Assembly (NCBI GenBank): GCA_951406725.2
Contig: OX597820.1
Location: 77,314,001 to 77,378,000 of the forward strand
Length of the DNA stretch: 64,000 nt
Direction: 5' to 3'
Origin: Octopus vulgaris
Lineage: Eukaryota
The notes beneath the pieces are model-generated. The model searched no databases. It was not told the DNA's origin and saw nothing but the letters and a program-made list of their open reading frames with translations. Each line of letters opens with the position of its first letter. The first letter of the stretch is position 1. This document shows positions 53,908-64,000 of this stretch, one piece after another. A program made the position numbers and the translations under genes.

Positions 53908-54402
53908 TTGTGCAACAACTAAAACATTCGGTTGTGCAAATTGTTTGCACAGGAAACCTGCCCTGTGTGGCGGTAATTGCCGTTTTTGTGGATCTGTTTC
54001 AGCTTTTTTAGCGATTTCTGAAGTCGTTGTTCTAAAAGAACGCTGGTCTCCTTGACAACGCATTACGACGTTGATTTCCTTACACACCCTTCCCCACAGC
54101 TTCCCGAGGGAGGAAAGAAGGGGGAGAAGCAACACAAGTGCAGGTGTGAGCGTGGACGCCAACTCCGCCGCCATCGACACACGAAAAAATATGCATTAAA
54201 ATGGAATAAAAAAATGATGTTAAATTATTTTTAAAATCGTAGCCTCATTGTAGACGCTCGCTAATACCCAGACGGGCTCGATATGAATCACGACTATAAG
54301 ATACCCGAATTTGGTTAAACTGCACCGCAAAATGTGGGAGTAGTTAGGAATCTAAATCGAAGGGGACAGACACTCACACAACTACAGTTTTACATATATA
54401 GA
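53908..54402 (-). mobile_element. Second Helitron 5' segment of the same family, lacking its own 3' end
   Basis: A|TCTATATATG 5' end at 54402; 54185-54402 duplicates about 53695-53906; 53908-54180 is a different, GC-richer internal segment. Confidence 0.75.
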
Positions 54403-54444
54403 TATATATGCTTTTATACGTTTATCACTTTTTACTTTATATAG

Positions 54445-55200
54445 TGAATGACTTAGGCATTGACATGGATAATGATGCAGCTTTTCAGGTGCATATTATT
54501 AATTTGGTAAGAAAATGAAGACGGTTGACCGGATGGATTCTCCGAATCTTCAGATGGAGAGAATGGGGAACCATGGTGGTTCTCTGGAGGACATATGTCC
54601 TAAGCCGTTTAGATTACTCGTCCCAACTAGGGTCACCACCCATTATAAACTTAATGGCGGAAATCCAGCGAAGTTACGCAAAAATGTACTGTCGAAATGC
54701 AACGTGTCAGATACTAGGAAAGGTTGAAAAGATAAAAATCTACTCCCAAGAGTGAAAGTGGGGAAGATGTGCAGTGACATACATCTGGTAAATCTTGGAA
54801 AGACTTGTACCAAATTTCGCCATTGAAAGTTACACAAACAGCAGACCGGAGTGCCGCTGCATAGAGCCAAAAATCGCCAACAAGATACAGGAAAAAATAC
54901 TTCAACAGCTTGAGATTGCAGGGCCCCCACCTCTTCAGTATCCTTCTAATAGTCTTTAGAAAGTTGTGTCGTGTGGATGTATGTTTCTTGAAAACAAAAC
55001 TAGATATCTTTCTCTAAAGATTTCGAGATGACTTTACCTTACAGCAAGAAACATAGATAAGGGCAGCAGCATTAAACTCTCTCATTTACAAAATTCCACA
55101 AATCGAAGGAGGTTTCAAATAGTGAACGTGTAGCAAAGCCAACAGTTGGGCGTCACTATGGCTGCAGTTCCCTACATGGAGCTAGGTAAAAATTTAAAGA
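54445..55200 (+). mobile_element. Old 3' fragment of the CR1-group LINE family
   Basis: DLGIDMDNDAAFQVHI and RRLTGWILRIFRWREWGTMVVLWRTYVLSRLDYSSQL align by eye with ORF 41283-41660; many stops. Confidence 0.88.
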
Positions 55201-55291
55201 GTATATTATTTACATAACATAAAATTCAGTTACATATTTCTGTATCAGTATAAGCTATGAGCAAATTCATTTGAATTTTATTAGATTTCCA

Positions 55292-57147
55292 CCATAAATA
55301 CCTGGCGTTGCCTGGGTTAACGAGAATAATGAAATTTAAAAACAAAATCTAGATTACGCAGGTCCCAATTGCTAGCACCTGCGATACCAACTTTCTACAT
55401 TAATAAATCTCCATCCCATGCCAGCATGGAATACAAACGTTAATTGAAATGTTTAAAAAGTTTTCAACTCATATATGTATATGAAGTAAATATACATAAT
55501 TCAAAAACACGTTTTGCCTAGCTTATTTCGTGACTAAAAAACAGGTACAGATTATAAACAATGAAAGGCCGATTTTGGTAATTCATTTGACAGAGGCAGT
55601 GGAGAGCCAATCCGATGATAATTCTGACCCTCGATCAGTTAAATCTGGGCCTGGCTCACTTAAATCTCTTGTGGAACCAAATGATGTCATCTGTAGTGCA
55701 GCGTTGTATTGTCTAATTTTGTTTTGGAAGTTCTTGGAATCTTGGTCAGTTGATGACAACAATTTCTTCGATGGCTCTTGTGGTTGAGAGATTGCAGGGA
55801 GTTTAACTTTTCTACCCCTGCAGCACAGTACAGGTGTCTCTCCAGGCCAACTCCTTGTTTTACAATGTATGCACCCAGTTGTCATTGCACCAATAGAAAC
55901 TAGTGTCATCTGCATAATGAACTTCTAGATCATAATTCAAAGCTGCTTCATAGAATTTGTTTCTCTAAGCTGTTGCTACTGCCCTTCGTGCCGCAGTGGA
56001 GATCCTACTTCTTGTCAGCCGTGCATACCTCTTGTCATCACTTTGAGATACTCTGGCTTTTCTAGTGCACAAACAGTTCGCTTCTTGGTATGCTTCCCTT
56101 TCTGCAGCTGTCTCTCTTTCTTTGGTCAGAGACATTTCTTTTGGCTGACCTTGACAGTGTAGACAAATTTGACACATTCCTTCAAGGCATAGTTTTATAT
56201 GTATACAGAAACACACGGGTGCAGAAGATAGTAAACTATGAAAATAACTGGGTAACGGAAATCATATTTCTTAATACGACAGACAAAGAGTAAATAAGAA
56301 TTTCTTAAAAAAATAAAGAATTGTAGGGGTTGAAGCGAAATTTGTCAGTAAGCCAAAGAGCCAGTGCCGAAGGAATCAGTAAGAAACGTTAACAACAGAA
56401 AAACAGAAAACCGTTGCAAAAGAAAATAAGAAATTTTTAGGGAAATTAACTAAGTGTTCCGATTTAAGTGATATATTTGAAGTTACTTCTGTCAGTAAAT
56501 TATGAACTTCCTTTTATCAGTAATTCCGTAAGAAACAAAAAAATAAGCACAAAATGTTGCAAAAGTAAATAAGAAATTTCTAGGTAATTTTAAGGAAGTG
56601 TACGGATTGAAGTGAAATTTATGAAGCAACTTCTGTGAGTAAATTATGTCTAAAATTACTTTCATCAGTAATAGCGAACTTCTTTCTGTCAGTAATTTTT
56701 CGTCGTTGTTTGTAAATAGAGATTGAAAACTTACAATGAAAACAATAGCGATTGACCTTAAAGTGAAAACAATAGAGAGTGAATGAGATACAGAGAGAGG
56801 GGCAGAGAGAGAGAGAGAGATAGTTAAATAATTAAGATAGATATAGATAAATAGATAACAGATACATACAGAGAGCGTAGGTATAGAGATAGAGATGGAT
56901 AGAGAGATATAGATGGCACTGAAGCTAGAAAACCGGAAGGGAATATTTTAAAAAACCTTCAAAGACATGAATCGAATATAAAAAGCAATATTTTTTTTTA
57001 TTTTTAAGAAAAAGAACTCACACGAAGAGCCTAACATAAATCCGAGGTCAAATTATTTACGCATCACAAGTATGGCAGCAGTTGGTGAAGCCGTTTTTGT
57101 GCGAAAAGCGAATACATATACATCTCCATTTTATATGTTACATGAGA
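55292..57147 (-). mobile_element. Internally deleted Helitron retaining the start of the RepHel gene
   Basis: Candidate 5' end A|TCTCATGTAACATATAAAA at 57147; decayed 3' hairpin ACCTGGCGTTGCCTGGGT at 55300-55317 with the CTAG mutated; internal repeats of about 145 bp at 56370-56670; coding remnant listed separately. Ends are approximate. Confidence 0.7.
55640..56130 (-). pseudogene. Helitron RepHel N-terminal region (STPR-like repeat plus Zn-binding segment)
   Basis: ETAAEREAYQE...RYARL, then IGAMTTGCIHCKTRSWPGETPVLCCRGRKVKLPAISQPQEPSKKLL...SKNFQNKIRQYNAALQMTSFG, the conserved pre-Rep motif series of animal Helitrons. Confidence 0.88.
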
Positions 57148-57684
57148 TTGTAATAATTCTTTGAGCAATGATGTAAGGAATACAATTAACTTCTGAAAGT
57201 TACTTCGCAAACAATTACATGCCTTCTCCACGTAACCCAGGAACATGTTTCAAAATCTGGCATTCTTATGTTAATATTACGTTTAGACATTGTTCATGTC
57301 TAAACCACAAGCAGTATTTGTTCAATAACAGAGTCGAAATAAGATTTCACCTGCGTATGCTTCCTCAATAATTCATATTTCAGACATCTTATAATAATAC
57401 TAATAATAGAACTATATAGTGTTCTTCTATGCATACACATACATAAATACACACACACACACACACACACACATACATACATACGCACACGTACACACAG
57501 GTATGTATCCATGTATACAACAGGTGTAGGCGTGTTTGTGTGGTACGAAGCAAGCTTCCCAGTCGCATGGTTCCTCGTTCAGTCCCAGTGCGTGGCACAT
57601 TGGGTGGGTGTCTTGTACTATAGGCTCGGCCCGACCAAAGACTTGTGAGTGGATTTCGTAGACGGAAACTGAAAGAGGCCTACC

Positions 57685-58951
<1,267 letters not shown>

Positions 58952-59173
58952 GTATATATATATATATATATACTTGTGTATGTGTGTCTGTGTTTGTCCC
59001 TCCACCGTCGCATCTCAACCGATATTAGCAGTTCGGCAAAGTGATCGTTAGAATAAGTACTAGATTTACAAAGAATAAGTTCTGGGGTAGATTTTTTTCG
59101 GCTAAAGGCCGTGCTCCAGTACGTCCTTAATCAAATAATTGAAGCAAGTAAATAAGAAAAGAATGCTTGTGTG

Positions 59174-59244
<71 letters not shown>

Positions 59245-59344
59245 GTGCGTGTGTGTGTGTATGTGTGTCTGTGTGAGCAATTACTTCGACTTTGTGTACA
59301 TGGTTAGTCTTATGCAGATTAAAGGACTTTCACTGTTTAGGATA

Positions 59345-59700
59345 CTTTGTACCAGTTGCAACGTAGTAAACAAATGCACCGTGGACATCAGAGGGTACCC
59401 TTATGTGTATGTAGTTGCACCAGCAGAAATTGTGAAGAATTGCTATAGAAACCAGATCACCAGCTTCAGCAAAGTCAACAAGAGACAATCAATATCACTG
59501 GCAGATTTTGTCTGGAAAGTGTAAGACGAGAAAATTGAATATGACTTGACTTGGTCATTAGTAAGGCATGCTAATCTATATAACACATTTTCTAGTAAGT
59601 GCCAAGTCCCGAGGAATCGTTATGCATATCGCTGACCAAGGATAGCTCAACAGATTTTCAGAGCGAGTGATAAGATGTTTGCATACAAACAAACATATAT
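59345..59700 (+). mobile_element. PLE (Neptune-type) GIY-YIG endonuclease remnant
   Basis: CNVVNKCTV...YVYV...KNCYRNQITSFSKVNKRQSISLADFVWKV*DEKIEYDLTWSLVRHANLYNTFSSKC. Confidence 0.75.
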
Positions 59701-60049
59701 ATTCACAATACGATATGAACAATATATCATGATTACAGATCTGATAATCAATTACAGACTACTTAACAGTTAGATAATTGAAAACATCCCAAGTGAAAAC
59801 ATCGTGAAATATACTTTATGAACAAACACCAGGGATTTACTTAATGGCCCTGTTATACTGTTTAAAGTGAACATTACAGCTACTTGTAGACTGTCCTGAA
59901 TATACGCGTGCTTGTCTCAAAGTATTGCTTTCGGAGCTACTAATAGATACCAGCTTACGCACCACACCGAGAATAATCTCCCGTTCTTGTAGAAAATAAA
60001 TGTGTGTAGTGGTACTATATGTAGAGCATTTGCGTGAGAGTAGGGGGTC

Positions 60050-60630
60050 TACATATTTGTGTTCGTTAGAGTGTTTTCTTTCTGCTATGTTTTGGTTAAA
60101 TTCTTGCGCATTTATGTGGTGTGCGGAGAGGTAAAATATTTGTGGAGGCGGTGGAAAAAGTCTATTGGAGGGATGTCCGCCGTGTTAGGGGTGTATGTCT
60201 TTTAAGTGTAGTTGTGTATTTTCGGTCTCCCTGGTATTTGTGGAGGAGGGGTTGGGCAAACCTAGGGGACTGCTGATTATAGTCAAGATAAGGTATGGAT
60301 GTATGATATTATGTACTTCCTTTCATATGGGCAAGGATTATAAATTTCACTTCTTCTGTTCAAGTAGATGCCTGTATTTTGGGACCCCTTTAATATTGCT
60401 CTTTTTTCAGCCAGACATAATCTATATTACCAGCAGCTACTGAAGTATGCTTTACATTTCTCTAGAATACTCCACTTTATGCAATAATCGGTGGCGCTTT
60501 TTTTCCCAAAGACCATACGTGCTTGGTCAGGGTTGAGGTGCCACATCTCTCCGGTATGTTGAAGGACGATTAGTGGTTGCTATAGTGCGTTATGAAGGGG
60601 CCTTCAGTTGCTCCCACTATTCCTGACTTA
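60050..60630 (-). mobile_element. Second PLE (Neptune-type) GIY-YIG remnant and downstream region
   Basis: VGATEGPFITHYSNH*SSF...TLTKHVWSL, then IKWSILEKCKAY...RLCLAEKRAIL...YLNRRSEIYNPCPYERKY. Confidence 0.8.
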
Positions 60631-62155
60631 TGAACACTTAGATGGCTTACCCACCCTCATATATATTCATATATATATACATCACATTTTGTTAAAAATT
60701 GTAGCTTTCTCTAAAATCTCAATATATTGTTGTGCTGTATATTTGATCTATCAAGTGTAAACTGCCTCAAGTTACAAAGCTGAAAACTTTAGGACGAAAA
60801 GAAAATAGCGAATCAATCTTTACAAAATTTCAAATGTCATTGCATGCAAGTAAATTAATAAACACACTTTTGTTATTCACCGATTTGATTTAATGCAACA
60901 GACACAATTGTCGTAAAAGTTAACAGCAATTCCAAACTTTTATGAGTCACATACAATATTTTCAATGTTAAAAATACAAAAAAGCTTGCCCGCGCGCAAA
61001 TGATTATCTGAGAAATTTTCAAAACGAAATTCAAATGATTTCGATAGAAATAACATTGTAGAGTTACAGCTAAACACAAACATATCTATCACCACTAGTT
61101 ATATTCATTACACCATACAACGTGTGTTCTGAATTCGTATATATTGGGTATAACTCTGATTAGTTTCTCCCGACATACAAGTCTTCGCTATTACGTTTGA
61201 GGTTTGTATACAGTTCTTTCAGATTGGCTGTCATTAGGCTGCGGATATCATAGGAAACAATGTTATAGAGTGAGTCGGCCAAATCTGATACTCATTTTAC
61301 AACCCACCCTTAGTCTTTCGTTATTTTACATGCCAATTCCATTTTTTTTTTGCATTCATAGTTTTGGTGCGTTCTTCATTTATTGTTGTTGCCGTTTACT
61401 CAGGAATAATAGAAGAAACAAAATGTCGTCTGGTGATAGATTTATATGAATCAGTCTTACATGCAAACACGATTACGACACCATTCCAGTAACGAGCTTA
61501 ATGAAATTAATGCCAGAAATGAGACAAATGTCACTATTTATTCTAATGTTAAAGGTTATCTTTCAAACAATCGTTAATCAATAAACGGTGTTCTGGACAA
61601 ATATATAAGATCCATCTAAGATTATATCTATAGCCTTAATGTTCATTATGAACACATAAACGTTTCAACGGAACCGGTTACACAAAAGATTTAATGCTCA
61701 ATCCTTTCATTACAATCTTAAAGTCGAGCTACAATCTCATACCGTCTAATCAATTGGTTGATGTGTGATTAATAGAATAGTACACGCAAAAGTTATTCAA
61801 TGTATTGAATAAAGGGATGAAAGGAGTGTCGGATACCATACCTCTCAACAAACGTCTATTAATCCGTCCTTGATACAGTTGATTAATACCCCCTAATCAC
61901 GACCAGTCTAATGGTAATCAAATAGCCAATTCACAATGGTTTCAACTAGCGATTCTGAACAGATTGTTTAGAATTTCTTAAATTTTAATGAAAACAACAA
62001 ATGCGATTAAAGTCAAAATACCCTGGTTACAGCAATTCATATGCAAGTTAAGTGAAATACGAGCACAACTGAAATGCAAAAGAATGTATTGAAGGATCAT
62101 AAGGAAAAGGTATGAGAATAATAATCAATGAGCTATACGTTATAGCTATGAACAT

Positions 62156-62541
62156 GGATGGAAGCACTCCGTCGGTTACGACGACGAGGGTCCCGGTTGA
62201 TCCAATCAACGGAACAGCCTGCTCGTGAAATTAACGTGTAAGTGGCTGAGCACTCCACAGACACGTGTACCCTCAACGTAGTTCTCGGTGATATTCAGCG
62301 TGACACAGAGAGTGACAAGGCCGGCCCCTTGAAATACAGGTACAACAGAAACAGGAAGTAAGAATGAGTGAAAGTTGTGGTGAAAGAGTACAGCAGGGAT
62401 CACCTCCATCCCTGCCGGAGCCTCGTGGAGCTTTAGGTGTTTTCGCTCAATAAACACTCACAACGCCCGTTCTGGGAATTGAAACCGCGATCCTACGACC
62501 GCGAGTCCGCTGCCCTAACCACTGGGCCATTGCGCCTCCAC
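62156..62541 (-). mobile_element. SINE family D (tRNA-Arg-like head) with 10-bp TSD
   Basis: Head GGAGGCGCAATGGCCCAGTGGTTAGGGCAGCGGACTCGCGG...GGTTTCAATTCC; CTATGAACAT at 62146-62155 and 62542-62551. Confidence 0.92.
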
Positions 62542-62628
62542 CTATGAACATATATGTGTTACAGATAAATTCCCCTATTTACATAATATCGAGGTCTCAT
62601 TCATTCTTTTGCTGTCATACTATTACTA

Positions 62629-62699
<71 letters not shown>

Positions 62700-62779
62700 A
62701 TATATATATAAAGTAAGAAGTAAAAAGTATTAAGTAAAACGTCAAAAGGAAGAGTAAGTAGGGTTAGGCAGCTTTTTTA

Positions 62780-62901
62780 ATCGCTACAAATGTTTCGATA
62801 CATACATGTCCTCGTATATACAGGATTTAAAGTTACGTTTAAGTTAAATTATTTAACAATTTACCTGTTTTAGAAGATCTATATGTATCTCCTCAAGCGA
62901 T
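62780..62901 (-). ncRNA. Type I hammerhead-ribozyme-like fold with a very long stem II, inside a PLE-like remnant (62711-62953)
   Basis: ATCGC-TTGAGGA-GATACATA...(93-nt stem II)...TATGTATC-GAAAC-ATTT-GTA-GCGAT; core position C3 is T in this copy. Confidence 0.62.
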
Positions 62902-62984
62902 ATTCAGTTGCTGTCTTCGTAAGTAAATCTTGATTTCTATGCTACAACATCCATGTATATATATATATATATATATATTTGTTA

Positions 62985-63200
62985 CTTCAGCTGGCACAGA
63001 TGAGTTGTACCTGTAATTCAAAGGGCCAGCCTTATCACATTCTCTGGTACGTTGAATCCCTTGAACTACGTCAAGGGTACGAGTGGCTTTGGAGTGCTCA
63101 GTCACTTGCACATTAATTTCACGAGCAGGTTGTTATGTTAAGCGGATGAACTGCTGGAGCCCACTGCTGGAGCCCTCGTCGTTGAAGGCCGACGATGTGA
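62985..63200 (+). mobile_element. Partial, degenerate SINE sharing the family D body
   Basis: TTGTACCTGTAATTCAAAGGGCCAGCCTT...AAGGGTAC...TTAATTTCACGAGCAGG...CCCTCGTCGT. Confidence 0.75.
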
Positions 63201-63673
63201 TCTATAATTATGTTTGCGTGTGTGTGTGTGTTTATGTATGTATGCATGTATGTATGTATTACACTTAAACAAAAAATATTATTAACCGTGTCTTCGATGT
63301 TGCGGTTAGCTAGACCGTCAACCAGGTGCAGTGCAAAGACGTCAATCATGGCTTTATATAGTCCCTGTTGTGTTAAAATTTGTCTCTTCTTTATGAGTGG
63401 AGTGGTATTTAAATTTTATGGTGGTTCTGTTTTGGAAGTTAGTTATAAGAGAGATGAGTATTTTCCATCATTTTAGGTTTCATTGGATTTAATCCTTTGC
63501 TTTTACAAGTTAAACGCCTAATTTCCAGTACTTAAAACTTTAGTAATTGGGTGTATTATCTATTTCACAATGGAAATTTTTCGGGGAAGAGGGTTCTCAA
63601 AATGAATAAATTCAATGAAACCATAAACAGCTAAATCTACTATCTTATCATCTTATCATCCCTGCTGTACTAT

Positions 63674-64000
63674 CTTATCACGCGGGACCAAGTCAAACGT
63701 GTTATTCAAGGCCTCGATATCAACAAGGGTCACGGCCCTGACGGCATACACCCACGGGTTATCAAAGCGTTGGCTCCGGTCATCTGCGAGCCCTTAACAC
63801 GACTATTCAATATGTCATTGGCGACGGGTGTTATACCTGCAGACTGGAGAACAGCGATAATCTGCCCAATTTTCAAGAAAGGGAGCCGCGAAGACCCGCT
63901 TAACTACCGACCGGTTTCCCTTACATCAATAATCAGCAAGATGTTCGAAACCATCCTTAAGAAAAGTATGATGCTCCACCTCCTAAACACAGCCTCGATC
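63674..64000 (+). mobile_element. 5'-truncated CR1 LINE; open RT frame runs off the window
   Basis: Stop-free translation LITRDQVKRVIQGLDINKGHGPDGIHPRVIKALAPVICEPLTRLFNMSLATGVIPADWRTAIICPIFKKGSREDPLNYRPVSLTSIISKMFETILK; not in the supplied ORF track. Confidence 0.93.

Overview
AT-rich, microsatellite-dense eukaryotic DNA, probably an intergenic region or large intron. The SINE families and repeat style suggest an octopus or other coleoid cephalopod; this is inference from pattern recognition, not a database match. I found no supportable host protein-coding gene, and most listed ORFs are translations of microsatellites. Recognisable elements: (1) a 3.6-kb 5'-truncated CR1-group LINE (40883-44490, minus) with APE+RT ORF2 and a CCCH-finger ORF1 remnant, plus four other CR1-group fragments; (2) RTE and L1/Tx1-like remnants; (3) two mariner relics and a Tigger-like MITE; (4) three Helitron segments; (5) four tRNA-derived SINE families; (6) many Penelope-like (PLE) remnants, including two GIY-YIG fragments. 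Most interesting observations: a recurring class of short palindromic insertions sitting in (TA)n tracts, often the tract inside a SINE; hammerhead-ribozyme-like folds in one palindrome and in other (TA)n-adjacent PLE-like pieces, with a repeated non-canonical CCGANGA core or a 93-nt stem II; one palindrome enclosing a tRNA-like Pol III unit; and a SINE/LINE pair whose shared 3' stem-loop shows compensatory base changes. Coordinates were read by eye and boundaries of decayed elements are approximate.
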